Source: Mobula hypostoma (Eukaryota). Taken from it: a stretch of DNA of 64,000 bases. Both the position numbers and the translations under genes were made by a program. Position 1 is the stretch's first letter. Every line of letters begins with the position of its first letter. The notes below the pieces were generated by a model. The model made no database searches and had not been told where the DNA came from. It saw only the letters and a list, made by a program, of their open reading frames with translations. Positions 24,401-35,537 of the stretch are shown here, in pieces. Location: the NCBI RefSeq assembly GCF_963921235.1, contig NC_086109.1, forward strand, positions 12,586,001-12,650,000, given 5' to 3'.

Positions 24401-27400
24401 GACAGGAATTTTCAAAGGTGATATTGTATTTTCCAGAAACCAAGTTCAGGATGTTTCACAGAACACGCAAGAATGAAACCCAGGTAAGGGCTTGAACTGT
24501 GAATGTTTTAAAATTTACAGCAAACAAATCAGGCCATTCACCCCATACCATACACAAATCTCCTCACATCACTCTTCTTTAGCATATCCTTCTGTTCATT
24601 CTCTCTTCAGTATTATCCAGCATTTCCTTAAAAAGAAAGTATTTTACTGAGCTCATCCTCAGAGTGGCCACATTCTTTAATATTTTTACTGATGGGCACA
24701 AGGTGAGTCTGGCTCTAGCTTTACTGTTAAAAATGGGAACTTTCTAATTCTATATTTGTGTTCAGCGATTATTCAGTCGACATTTCATATTTCCCCACTG
24801 AAGCAAAATCAGAAATATAAAGAAAGTTCACTCTAACACCCAGAATCAGCATCAGGTCTAATATTATTGACATATATTGTAAAATTTGTTGTCTGCAAGT
24901 GAATAAAAAGCTCTCCTTTTCTGTGGTCATAAGCTGCCCTCAGCTACCCGCTTTCTCACTGTACCTTTCAATGCTGACAACATCACTCCAAACATATTGC
25001 CGATTCTTGGATCAATTATCAGCCATCTTTGTTAATGATATTTTCTACAATATGCTGAATGCTTCCGACTACCTGATGAATTTTTAACTGGACACTCCAG
25101 TTGATAAGATCTTTGGCCACTTGGAATAAATGGTCAATAGGGTTCAAAATCTTCTCACTTACATCCACTGTCTCTCCACATTTCCACAGGTTGCTGATCT
25201 GTCATAGATCTTCCCTCTTGTCCATCTGCACTTGCTTAGCCTCACTGCTCGTCACTTTGGCTTCAGTTGTCCTGGTTCTCAGCTCTGGGATCCACTCCCT
25301 GAATACCTGCAACTCTAAACTGCTCCATTAAACATTGTTGACTGCAAACAACAAAGATTTTGTGCCTTGCTCTGATGTCATCCACATTCAGTTTCAGTCT
25401 TTTATCTGAACCGTGCCCTCCAAGTATCCGGACCTGCCTCTCGGTTTTTTTTGCACTACCTTAATTTCCATTTTTCTGTTTTCTATTTATGATTTATAAT
25501 TTAAATTTTTGATATTTACTATCGATTTGTAATCCAGGGAGTGGGAAGTGCAGAATCAAATATCGCTGTGATGATTGTACGTTCTAGTGTCAATTGTTTG
25601 GCGACAATAAAGTATCTCTCGAAAGTATCTCTCTAATGATGCCACCGTGAAGCATTTAGAATAGTTTTACTTGTATTGAATTTGCTGTGGTTCTTGTACA
25701 TTTACATATAGCCAGTGTTGATTTAGAATCATTAGCTGTTATCATTCACGCTAGAAAATTACAGTTTTATAGTCACATTTAAGGAGATGAAGCTTAATAA
25801 AAAAAATGAAAAGCAAAGCAGAGTTGGGGCAGGGGCAGTGGTGACTTGATAGAAGTTACAAGGTTGTCAGAGTATTTACAGTGAGGTGAAGATGTTTCCA
25901 CTAGAAGGGGAGAGCAAATGTAAAGCTATATGTATAAGGCAATTAATAATGGACCCACCCCATCAAAAATTCTAGATTAAATTCCATTCGCAGATTATTC
26001 AAGGTTCACTTTGTTTATTGTCATTCTTCAGTAGAGAGGTGTAAAGGAGAACAAAATGATGGCTATTCCGGATATGATGTAACATAAAAACACAATAAGC
26101 ATAAAGAACTAAACTTTAAAAAAAACACAATAAATATAATTACATTAGATTAGCCTATATACGCAGACTGATCATGATGACATTCCAGAGTTAGTCACTG
26201 CTGGAGCTAAGTGAAGTGAATCAGGTATCGTAAAGGAAAGTGTGTAAGCACATGGGGAAAACAATAGCATGGCTTAACACAAGTAAATAAATTATGTTCA
26301 AACACCAGATAGACATATAAAACCAATCCTGATACTGGGTTTCAATCTGAAATGTTAAAATTCCTCCCAACCATAGACGCTGCTCAACCTGCGAGGTCTT
26401 TAGCAGATCGTTCACTGCAAAAATTGGCTAGGGCTTTTTGAGTCCGCAGAATGACTATTATGGGGAAGAGACAGTAGCTCACCTCAACGCGAACGGTGGG
26501 TTTGCAAAGAGGGTGTGGGGGAAAGATGCAAGTGCCTGTGTTGCAGTTTATCCCGAGCAGCTGCGTGACAGAAGATTCTCTAACCTACGGGCTGTCCGCA
26601 GGGGCACACACGGAGATGGACGCCAAGTGCTGCTGGCAGATCATCAACTTGGTGAAGACGTCCTTTGGTCTGCCTGAAGCCTGTTGTTCTGCCAGCGCAT
26701 CGAGATGTCTATAAGGGAATGCTACCGACTGTCACATTCCAAGATGGAGGATTATGGGCTGTAGGAATCACAAAAGCTTGGTGCAGCCACTGCGAAGGCT
26801 TGATGGGGAAAGACCACAGTGTAGATTTCATCTCTTACTGGAAAGGGAGGGTTGGGTTAGTGGAGGAAGCCTTTCAATTATGTAATAGGGTACCACCTCA
26901 GGGGGCCAAATGAGAGGCAGCAGTGCTATTGATTGATAAGTAGGAAAATAATAGAACAGTATCTTAAGCATCAACTTTGTGAATGTAAACAATGAAAAGA
27001 TGATGCACGGTTTATTCTTGTAAGTTTTTTTTATTATGAATAAAGTTTACCTTGTTTAAAAAAAGAACTGTTTGAGAGCTGCTTAGTCATAGACTTCTGC
27101 TCAGCACCTTTCATATTCATCAGACATAAACTGGTCTTTGCATTTTTCATTCTTTAGGAAACAACAACATCTGTAGAGCAAAATGCTTATGCGACAGTGC
27201 TGGAGATTCAAAGCGACAAGGCTCCTGCCCAGATGGCTAACAAAGAAAATGGGGCCATGGATGCAACAATGGAATTTCAAAGGAAATCAACAGCAGATCC
27301 CTCTGTTAATGGAGACAGTAATGTCATCTACACAGATGTTAAATTTATAAACAACCCCCCAAAGGTCAGCAGAAAACATCTGTCTCCTAGCATGCCAGAG

Positions 27401-27439
27401 AACTCTACTAAGACAATTTATGCCAGTATTGCTCCTTAG
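6374..27439 (+). CDS. Inhibitory CD300/pIgR-like (MDIR-like) Ig receptor gene, 8 exons: join(6374..6410,11739..12059,12152..12472,15639..15951,21314..21401,23680..23771,24437..24483,27158..27439); L-V-V-C2-stalk-TM-ITIM/ITSM
   Basis: All introns are GT..AG and exon phases chain 1-1-1-1-2-1-0. The only break is a frameshift in the C2 exon (313 nt). Skipping C2 gives an open 1188-nt CDS (395 aa). The family call rests on the V-domain Cys pattern; no ortholog is assigned. Confidence 0.88.
7503..7822 (-). mobile_element. tRNA-derived SINE with an RTE-like tail
   Basis: The - strand head GTGGCCAAGTGGTTAAGG...AGTTCGAGCC has A- and B-box-like motifs; the body matches 1900-2092. Confidence 0.75.
8310..8665 (+). 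mobile_element. Rex1/Babar 3' end nested in CR1
   Basis: SHPLHNVL...RCNTEHHRKSFLPVPIKLYN; (atgact)n tail. Confidence 0.8.
8698..9078 (+). mobile_element. RTE/BovB-tail SINE-like element with a 9-bp TSD
   Basis: TTCATAGCT at 8689-8697 and 9079-9087; BovB-like 3' end (aaaccact...gccaagaac) and (tga)n tail; second copy at about 28890-29220. Confidence 0.75.
9956..10856. mobile_element. Probable solo LTR (Gypsy-like), 901 bp
   Basis: Termini TGTAACC...GGCTACA (6/7 inverted match); interrupts a LINE 3' segment that resumes at 10857. TSD not clean. Confidence 0.5.
11120..11530. repeat. Purine-rich Penelope-associated interspersed repeat
   Basis: Shares the ctggaggaactcag...gcatct head and purine-rich body with the copies at 18570-19010 and 54890-55370. 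Confidence 0.5.
11739..12059 (+). CDS. Ig V-set exon V1 (CD300/pIgR/TREM type)
   Basis: Acceptor ctccttAG, donor A|GTAGGT, 321 nt, phase 1-1. Contains ITINCHY, KYWC, CSVLV, RVSITD and DKGWYSC: the canonical B-F Cys pair plus the extra C-C' pair. Confidence 0.95.
12152..12472 (+). CDS. Ig V-set exon V2 (tandem duplicate of V1)
   Basis: Acceptor ccctcAG, donor G|GTAAGT, 321 nt, phase 1-1. Same four-Cys pattern as V1 (DTGWYSC). Confidence 0.95.
12530..13560 (+). mobile_element. CR1 3' fragment with a tRNA-SINE inserted on the - strand (about 13155-13372)
   Basis: CR1 RT C-terminal motifs; the SINE head has a GGTTCAAATCC B box. Confidence 0.7.
14050..15240 (+). mobile_element. Degraded CR1 RT-to-3' fragment
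   Basis: GRAVDVIFM motif and a CR1-type 3' end. Confidence 0.7.
15639..15951 (+). CDS. Ig C2-like exon with a frameshift in an A8 run (about 15872-15879)
   Basis: Acceptor tcccacAG, donor G|GTAAGC. Motifs VSCESVQGSLPIQYTWY and QYYCTAS. The frame ends in TGA at 15881-15883, while the shifted frame (SEILDVTASNIIEKC) aligns with the intact paralogue at 41149-40832. Confidence 0.88.
16400..17072 (-). mobile_element. Two CR1 3' ends (about 16400-16560 and 16908-17072)
   Basis: (cataaga)n and (atagaac)n tails in reverse; 16908-17072 closely matches 3960-4123. Confidence 0.7.
17341..17904 (-). mobile_element. Tc1-like non-autonomous transposon
   Basis: Flanked by TA; carries the HTH remnant KKSDLSDFDCGMIVGAGWGGLSISESADLLGFS. 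Confidence 0.85.
17920..18560 (+). mobile_element. Possible highly degraded I/Nimb-clade ORF1 remnant
   Basis: Scattered matches (VGIPL, KWNCCRG) across frames; weak. Confidence 0.3.
18570..19010. repeat. Purine-rich Penelope-associated repeat
   Basis: gagacccttcatcaagactgg motif and a body homologous to 54890-55370. Confidence 0.55.
19790..20325 (+). mobile_element. Rex1/Babar fragment (RT piece plus 3' end)
   Basis: TGATQGCVLSSLLYLLY; the 3' end with an (aaagtat)n tail is shared with 25400-25625 and 56818-57105. Confidence 0.75.
20490..21130 (-). mobile_element. CR1 3' fragment hosting a hAT MITE
   Basis: CR1 3' motifs on the - strand, interrupted at 20953-21033. Confidence 0.7.
20953..21033. 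mobile_element. 81-bp hAT (Charlie-type) MITE
   Basis: Ends TAGGGGTTCCCAAC and GGTTAGGAAACGCTG; 8-bp flanks TCCTAGAC and CGCTAGAC. Confidence 0.75.
21314..21401 (+). CDS. Ser/Thr-rich stalk exon GSGYTCESSGTESVTTPSTNPEIRDNDRQR
   Basis: ccacAG acceptor, AG|GTAAAC donor, phase 1-2. Homologous to the - strand exon 36881-36791. Confidence 0.82.
21710..22205 (+). mobile_element. CR1 3' end
   Basis: RVQRKFTRMLPGLENLSYRERLNRFGLYSLE; (tatgac)n tail. Confidence 0.85.
22210..22730 (+). mobile_element. L1-clade LINE 3' end
   Basis: CLNLEKLRS...KFEETWKPFIQHF C-terminus, T-rich 3' UTR and A-rich tail. Confidence 0.7.
23680..23771 (+). CDS. Transmembrane exon LIPIVVLSVTGVLVMVFLICLIWCLNSKLK, no charged TM residue
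   Basis: ccacAG acceptor in phase 2 matching the stalk exon; G|GTGAGT donor; hydrophobic run of about 25 aa. Confidence 0.9.
24437..24483 (+). CDS. Juxtamembrane cytoplasmic exon ETKFRMFHRTRKNETQ
   Basis: ttttccAG acceptor, CAG|GTAAGG donor, phase 1-0. Bridges the TM and last exons in frame. Confidence 0.82.
25400..25625 (+). mobile_element. Rex1-like 3' end, 5'-truncated
   Basis: Closely matches 20100-20325 and 56860-57105. Confidence 0.7.
26432..27066 (+). mobile_element. L1/Tx1-clade LINE 3' end
   Basis: EETVAHL...GFAKRVW and DSLTYGL...CCWQIINLVK across frames; AATAAA and A tail. Confidence 0.75.
27158..27439 (+). CDS. Terminal cytoplasmic exon with NAYATV, ITIM VIYTDV and ITSM TIYASI; stop TAG
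   Basis: tctttAG acceptor in phase 0; 93 codons plus stop. Motifs match the consensus (I/V/L/S)xYxx(L/V) and TxYxx(V/I). Confidence 0.9.
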   Translation, partial: ETTTSVEQNAYATVLEIQSDKAPAQMANKENGAMDATMEFQRKSTADPSVNGDSNVIYTDVKFINNPPKVSRKHLSPSMPENSTKTIYASIAP

Positions 27440-28889
27440 GAGATCGACTATACATGCTTGGACATGGTTGTTATTACTCCAGCTTTGTGTTGAGATCCAC
27501 TGCTTTATTGATATTCCTCAGTCATAAGCTGCCTAGATACAGATTTTCAAATCCAAATCAGAATCATAATAAGGTTTATTACTACTGACATATGTCATGA
27601 TATTTGTTGTTTCGCAGCTGCAGTAGAGTGCAATGCATAAAAATTACAATAAATCACAATAAGAAATATATAGAAAGTGAGTACATAGTGCAAAAAGAAA
27701 GTAAAATAGCGAGGCAGTGTTCATGGGTTCATCTGATGGCAGAGGGGAAGAAACTGTTCCTAAAATGTTGAGTGTGTTTCTTTAGGCTCCTATACATCCT
27801 CTTTGATGATAGCAATGAGAAGAGGGCATGTCCTGGATGGTGAGGGTCCTTAATGGTGGATGTTGCCTCTTCTTAATGTAGTTTCTCAGTAGTTCCTTCC
27901 AATATGAGCCACTTGCAGTTACCCTTCATCAGGAATTGCAGACAATTGACATGACAAAAAGTCAGGCTTTCGGATTTAAGTCTTGCAATAGCCGCATCAC
28001 ACCACTTCCACATTATAAATACTCTCAGCCGTCGTTTTGAGCTTCCTATCTTCCTCTCAACTTCAGATAATAAAGTCATGGATGGACACCTAACTCCAGC
28101 ACTTTAACACAGTCCAACAGGACATTCCAATGTAGACTGAAGGAGTGTGTCACTGTCAGAAATGCCAGAATCTGGGTGCGACACTAAACAAGGGCTTCTC
28201 CTACATCTCTGTTCGAAGTCCAAAATAGAGTTATTATCAAAGTGCCCTGTTCAACTAACTGCTCAGGATGTTCCAAAATCACCATTCTCGATTTGAATAA
28301 AAGCGCTAGAGTTTTCATTCTGCTCCGTGAGTAGCTACTAAAACCACACAGTGATATTTCACTCACAGTTTGCACAGTCAATTCTTTTGATCGGATTTAA
28401 AACCACTTAAACACCCCAGTTTCCCCATAAAATAATGGTAAGGTGGCATTCTAAATTTCAAAGTAATTTTAAATTGACAGTACTATGTTTAAAATCTTAG
28501 GCACATGTATATATCTAGAGTGCCTAACACATTAGAACAGTGCTGTCATAGTTTTATGTATTGCACTGTATTCCTGCCAAAAAAAATTGTGACATATGTG
28601 AGTGATGATAAACCTGGTTCTGATATGGGTCTCTGTTGTAGACTGAGAGTGGGAAGGGGTCAGGGAGAGGGAAATCATGTTTGGGAAAAGGGGGAAGGGA
28701 GTGTGTCAGGAATGGGAAAAAATAGAGAAACATTCTGTAATGTCCAATAAACCAATTGTTTGGAATCAAATGACCTTGCCTGGTATCTCAGGGCCTGGTG
28801 TGTCTGCATCTGCGCCAACTCCCCACCCCTGGCACTCCATTTGTCCCACAGCCCTCCTGCAACACTCCACCCTTCCCATTCTCAAGGTG

Positions 28890-29345
28890 CTCCTTCCATC
28901 CACTAGCCTGCAAGTCACTCTGGGGCAAAGCGTAGCACCTGCTTAGCCCCACGATCAGGGTCAAATGAAGCCATGGGAACAGGTGCTGATCGGTTGTATA
29001 AGCAGCTGGTGCATATCACAAGTCCTGGTAATGTGACCCCTGACACCAAGTAGACAGTCTCTGTAGAGCATTAATAATGGTTGGGGTCGCCTGTCTTGTA
29101 AAGACACTGCCCAGAAGAGGGCAATGGTAAACCACTTCTGTGGAAGAATTCGCCAACAACAATCATGGTCACCTTGCTGACCAAGATCACCTATGTCATC
29201 CAACATGGCACTTAATTGTGAATGGTCATGGTACATCTTTGGACTGTGGGATGAAACCAGAGAACCTGGAGAAAACCCCTGCAATCCACTGAGAGGACGT
29301 ACAGATTCTCCTTACGGAATGGCAGCAGAATTGAACTCTGAACTT
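28890..29345. mobile_element. RTE/BovB-tail SINE (+, about 28890-29220) next to a V-SINE/HE1-like fragment (-, about 29225-29345)
   Basis: The first part is homologous to 8698-9078; the second matches the V-SINE core in reverse. Confidence 0.65.
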
Positions 29346-29614
29346 CGGAAGTACTGGTGGGAGAAGTCTGTAACTGTACAAAAGTGAATATAGTACTTTT
29401 CTCCTGGGTTTCTTCCACTTGACTCAATTTCCATGCACATCTCAAAAATGTGAATCTTGGTAGATTACTGTCTAGTTTCAACTACACGTCCTTTACAAAT
29501 AAGTAATAGATCCTAGTCCATGGACTCGGTGGGCTGTGATTTATCTCTTCACGGTTGTATGACTTTATGACAACTCCCACCAAAGTCTTCTGCTCCACCC
29601 ATACTGCTAACACT

Positions 29615-30215
29615 GGAGATTATGCTGAGCCTTTATAAGACACAGGTCAGGCTGCACTTGGAGTATTGTCAACAGTTTTGGCCCCCATATCTCAGAAAGG
29701 ATGTGTTGTCACTGAGAGAGTCCGGAGGAGATTCATGAGGATGATTCTGGGAATGAAGTGGTTAACATATGAGGAGCGTTTTGCAGCTTTGAGCTTGTAC
29801 TCACTGGAATTTAAAAGAATGCAGGGGGATCTCTTTGAAACCCACATGATATTGAAAGGACTAAATAGGATGGATGTGGAAAAGATATTTCCTATGGTGG
29901 ACGCATCCAGAACTAAAGGGCACAGCCTCAAAACTGAAGGGTTACCCTTTAGAACAGAGGTTTTTTTTAGCCAGAGAGTAGTAAATTTGTGGAATGCCCT
30001 GCTACAGACTGCAGTGGAGGCCAAGTCTGTGGGTATATTTAAGGCAGAATTTGATTATTTCCTGATTGGTCAGGGCACCAAAGGATATTAGATTAGATTA
30101 TGAGGATATGGCGAGAAGGCAGGTGTATAGGGTTGAGCGAGATCTGGGATCAGCCGTGATGGAATGGCAGAGCAGACTCGATAGGACGAATGGCCTAATC
30201 CTGCATTTATGTCTT
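29615..30215 (+). mobile_element. CR1 3' end
   Basis: ERVRRRFMRMILGMKWLTYEERF...FFSQRVVNLWN. Confidence 0.85.
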
Positions 30216-31009
30216 ATGGTCTCATGGACTAATAAGGAAACAAGTCCCCATTTAAAGCAATATGAAACAATCCTCTTTACGCCTTAGATAATAATTGCCC
30301 CAGGAAACTCAAACTCAAAGTCAAAGTACATTTATTATCAAAGTATGTACACTGTATACGTGGTTCCATAAGGCTGTTATAGCTGGGGTTGATAATGGGG
30401 TTAAGTTATTAAATGCTTCCAATGGCTGAAGTCTTATGTTGGGTTCAGCACTGACTTTAGGCCTTGACAAAGGAGAGAACAACAGGAAACATCTGGTTTA
30501 ATTTCCTTTCATATTTGAAGAAGTGGTATTTATTGCTAAGTTTCCTAACGCACCAGCTCTTGCAGTGCAGTTCCCCATTATCCAGATGTTTATTCAAGTG
30601 TGCTGATTACAGTGGGCATTCAAATTACATAAATACCTCCCCATTCCCCATCTCACAGACACACTCTCATCCTGCTCGTCACTTTTCACCTTTTATTGCT
30701 GCTGCTTCAAATATTTATACATCTGCTTGTTTTATTATAATAGTGCCAGCGCCATTGTACTGTCCTGCATAAGCATGCACCTCACACTTTATGTCAACCT
30801 GTCAATATTCAGGCTATGCTACTCAGGGACTTCTGCTAATATTATTTTATGATTGTATATGGCGAATCAAAACTATATCTGCTGTGTGTGACTATATGTA
30901 CTGTGTTTTGCACTTTGTCCCCAGTAAAATGATGTTTCATTTAGCCATATATATGTTTGTAGTTGAATGAGAATAAACCTGAACTTGAGCTTAAATGGAA
31001 AGGAGCTTA

Positions 31010-31650
31010 AATTCATCAAGAGGAATAGAGTATAGGAGCAGGGATGTGATGTTGAGGCTCTATAAGGCGCTGGTGAGACCTCACTTGGAGTACTGTGGGT
31101 AGTTTTGGTCAACTTATTTAAGAAAGGATGTGCTGACGTTGGAGAGGGTACAGAGAAGATTCACTAGAATGATTCCAGGAACGAGAGGGTTAACATATGA
31201 GGAGCGTTTGTCCACTCTTGGACTGTATTCCTTGGAGTTTAGAAGAATGAGGGAAGACCTCATAGAAACATTTCGAATGTTGAAAGGCATGGACAGAGTG
31301 GATGTGGCAAAGTTGTTTCCCATGATGGGGGAGTCTAGTACGAGAGGGCATGACTTAAGGATTGAAGGGCACCCATTCAGAACAGAAATGCGAAGAAATT
31401 TTTTTAGTCAGAGGGTGGTGAATCTATGGAATTTGTTGCTACGGGCAGCAGTGGAGGCCAAGTCATTGGGTGTATTTAAGGCAGAGATGGATAGGTATCT
31501 GAGTAGCCAGGGCATCAAAGGTTATGGTGAGAAGGCGGGGGAGTGGGACTAAATGGGAGAATGGATCAGCTCATGATAAAATGGTGGAGGAGACTCGATG
31601 GGCCGAAAGGCCGACTTCTGCTCCTTTGTCTTATGTCTTATGGTCTTAAG
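31010..31650 (+). mobile_element. CR1 3' end, young with an open frame
   Basis: LERVQRRFTRMIPG...FFSQRVVNLWN; (cttatggt)n tail. Confidence 0.9.
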
Positions 31651-31889
31651 AGTTTTGTTATTTAATGTTATGTAAACCTGAAATAAAGCATTATAGTTTG
31701 CATTAACAGTCATTGATCATTTAGACTTTCCTTTCTCATGCAAAATACAAAAACAAATTATCCAATTGTAGATAAGAAAAGGTGTTTAGACTCATTTTCC
31801 AGAAGAAGTAGCAGGTCTGAAGATTACTAGGAAAAGATTTTTGAAGTTTCTCTCCATTTCGAAAATAGTGCATGCTTTTATTTCTTCAA

Positions 31890-32690
31890 CCAACGTGCAT
31901 GAATGTGCACTTTATGACACTGAGTTCCATCTACCACTTCTTTTCCCATTCTCATAATCTATTTAAGCTCTTCTGTAGCCTCTCTACTTCCTCAAAACTA
32001 CTTGCCCATTCACCTCTCTCCATATCATCCTCAAACTTGGCCACGAAGCCATCAATTCCATTATCCAAATCATTGATATATAACATAACAAGTGGTCCCA
32101 ACACAGACCACTGTGGAACACCATCGGTAGCCAGCTGGAAGAGCCTCCCTTTATTCCCACTCTTTGCCTCCTACCAAACAACCAATGCTCTATTAATGCT
32201 AGGATCTTTCCTGCAATACCACGTGCTCTTGATCTGTTAAGCAGCCTCATGTGTGGCTCCTTGTCAAAGGCCTTCTGAAAATCCAAGTTCACAACAGCCA
32301 CCAATTCTCCTTTGTCTATCCTGCTTGCTATTTCTTCAAAGAATTCCAAAAAAAACTATGAGACAAGTTTTTCCCTTAAGGAAACCATGCTTATTATGGC
32401 CTGTTTTATCATGTGCCTCCGAGTGCCTTGAAACCACAACCTTAATAATCGACTCCAACATCTTCCCAATTATTGAGGTCAGACTAATTGGTCTATAATT
32501 TCCTTTCTTCTGCCTCCCTCCCTTCTTGACATTTGCAATTTTCCAGTCCTCCGGAACCATGCCAGAGTCTATTGACTCTCGAAAGATCTTTACTAAAGCC
32601 TCCACAATCTCTTCAGCCACCCCTTTCAGAACCCTGGAGTGTAGACTATCTGGTCCAGGTGATTTATCTACCTGCTCTGATGTTATTTGC
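31890..32690 (-). mobile_element. CR1 RT N-terminal/central fragment
   Basis: KSPGPDSLHSRVLK, VPEDWKIANV, NYRPISLTS and LDFQKAFDK. Confidence 0.85.
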
Positions 32691-35216
32691 TTATGGTGCC
32701 CCTGCAAGTAAGATTTGCATTGCATCTGCACATACATGTAATTGTGCATATGACAGTAAATTCAACTTTGACATTGACTTTGAAATCTGAAGTGTCTGCT
32801 GTCCCATTTCTCCTCCTCCTTTCATATGTTATTGTCGGTTAGGGTTCAAGCCAGGCAGCCCTTAAGATCAGCCACATTATTACTTCATGAATAATATCCA
32901 AGATTCACAGCGAGCAATAATGAACAAACTGCTAAGTATTTCCACTGTCAAGTGGCATGTTACTCAGGACATTGCCATTAGTCACTGCTGTAGACCTTCA
33001 ACTGGGAGATGCTGTTAGAGAATTCCAGGTGAACACCCTCGGTAATTTACCCAGGAAGACATCGGACTTTGTGAGTGTTTTTGTGAAACTGCACTCATCC
33101 AAGCAGTGAATAGTATTGTGATAATAACAGTGTTGAGAGTGAGTGTAAAATTCCACATCCCACTCCCGCAGCACCAAATAGCACAGACTCCTGTACTGCC
33201 AATGTAGTTCACTTTGTCCCATTTGCAAACAACTTCTTCACACAGTAGTTCCAACTGTTATTGTATGTTCATGGGTTTCTATCACACAACAGCAGTGAAT
33301 AAAGTAACACCAACTACAAGCATTTTCACACGCTTCACCACCCACCATTTCATGCTGCAACTCACTCATTTAATCCAGCACCCGTCTTTTCTTACCATTG
33401 TTCATTAGCCTTTTAAGGCTTTTACATAGTGACGAGAACTGAGCTTGAGTTGATTGTATCATTGCAGCATTGCCATTTATTCATCTTTCTAACAGAGAAG
33501 CAAAAATGCTGAATGTCCAAAACAAAAATAGCCGATGATGAAAATTCTTTAGTGGGTCAGGCAGCATCCGCGTAAAGAAAAACAAATCCAATGTTTCAGG
33601 TCCATATCCATCTTCAATAATTGTTCTCGTGTAATCTCATGGCTTGAAGGATTAATTGTTTCCCATACTCCATCAGTGTTATCAAGAGGACGTGGTAAAT
33701 GTTGCAGATGAATTGGGCACATGGTGAGAAGAGTGGTCAATTCCATTCTCCAAGACAGCACTTCACAGGACACCTGAAGGGCTGAGGAAATGCGGGAAGC
33801 CAAATACTACTTGGCACCATACCATAGAGGCAAAAATGAGGACCCCTGAACCAAATCTGAGATACAATAGAGAAGATGGCCTAGGACAGACGGAGATGGA
33901 GGACCTTCATTGATGCTCTAAACACCGGCATAACGGGCAGTAAGTAAATAACCATTGACACTGAGACAAATCCAAGAACCAAAATGCAATCTGTTCTCCA
34001 TGACTTAAGTCAGATGAGAAAAAAAACATATAACCACTCATTAACACCAGCAATGAATTAAGAAGCATTTAATTCATTATTATTTGCAGATTAGTATAAT
34101 AAGCAATATCTACGGCTAAAATTTGAATTGACAACTCTCTATCTAACAGAGTTGAAGATTCTGAAGTATTGGGAAAGGTGAAACTATGTTCAGTACAAAG
34201 AAGGGAAAGTTTTTTAAAATAGAATTATGGAAACAAAAATGTCACTTTGAAGGATGATTAGTTTGTTTTGCTTGGTTTCAGTTTCATTAAGTCACTGGTA
34301 TAGTAACATAAGGTATATACATAGAACAGTCAATAAGAGCTGTTCAAAGCTAGGAGAAAACATCTGATCTTGAAGCAAAATTCCATCACATTTGTTAACT
34401 TCAAGGATTCTTCACAAAGGGTATCAGCAGTGCAGATTTCAGTTATCGCATTTCTGCAAAAGACAATGATGAAGTCATCAGATACTTTGAAAACGGGAAT
34501 CCGGTTTATTCCAAATGGCTGCTCACAACAGAATTCTGTCTCACACTGGCACAAGGACTCCATATTCACATTGAATTATGTTACTCGCTATTTTGAATGT
34601 TACTCACTATTTTCAAGTTTGCTTGCTATTTTGAATGTTTTGCACCTTAGCCCCAGATTAACACTGTCTCATTCAGCTGTGCCTATGTATGGTTTAAATG
34701 ATAATTAAACTGGATTTGATCTGATATCAAGCTCTCCAGTCCCTTCTGCACACAATGTGTCAAAACTTACTGAAAGCAGCACCATAGAACCTCAGGACTC
34801 ACACTACCAGGTTCACTTGCCCCACCACTGAAATGTTCCCACAACCAATGGACTCATTTTCAAGGACTCTTCAATTCATGTTCTCATTATTTATTGCCAT
34901 TTATTTATTCTTGCATTTGCACAGTTTGTTGTCTTCTGCACTCTGGTTGATCTTTCATTAATCCTCTTATAGTTATTTTTCCATAGACTTGTTGATTATG
35001 ACAAGAAAATGAATCTCAGGGTTATATATGGTGTCATATATGTACTTCGATAATGAAATTTACCTTGAATCTTGGACTTTGAACAGAGGTTTGGTTTGAT
35101 CAGAGGATGTAAAGTACTCCATACAGACAGTATTTTTGGCCTTTCAGTGACCTGTATATTTGAAAGCGTTCATGGAAACTATTTGGGCACAATCTTCAGA
35201 TGTCCATCAAACCTAC

Positions 35217-35307
35217 CTTAGTTTCTTGCTTGAACTATTTGATTGAAATAGTGAAGATAACCATCAGAACAAAGAGCAGCCAGCGCCCCAGCTTCCATAC
35301 TGTGTAT
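35217..35307 (-). CDS. TM exon of gene A, YTVWKLGRWLLFVLMVIFTISIK-stop; charged TM, no signalling tail
   Basis: ctttgctcAG acceptor in phase 2 (same as the inhibitory TM exon); TAG 35237-35235; AAG|GTAGGT donor. Confidence 0.8.
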
Positions 35308-35376
35308 CTGAGCAAAGGAGAAGAGATACAGAAGGAGTGGGGAGAAACGAGCTGGCTTTGTGTTTGATACACTCAC

Positions 35377-35397
35377 CCCCAGTTTTGCTCTGTAATC
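35377..35397 (-). CDS. Candidate 21-nt micro-exon (ITEQNWG)
   Basis: ccactAG acceptor, GG|GTGAGT donor, phase 2-2. A 69-nt intron separates it from the TM exon; a similar degenerate copy lies near 55845-55865. Confidence 0.55.
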
Positions 35398-35537
35398 CTA
35401 GTGGAGTGAAGCAAGGTAAAGCAACAGAGACAACAGAGTTCGGCTACGAGACTAAAGTCTTGTTGACTGAGGGAGACCGAGGGAGGCTGAGGGAGATTGA
35501 GGGAGACAGGGAAAACCTGGGATCATCATTTACAGAC

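Noticed and set aside
32990-33260. Cys-rich short ORFs here and at 53238-53462 as conserved coding exons
   Set aside because: DNA similarity between the two copies does not preserve a reading frame; more likely paralogous 3' UTR or flank.
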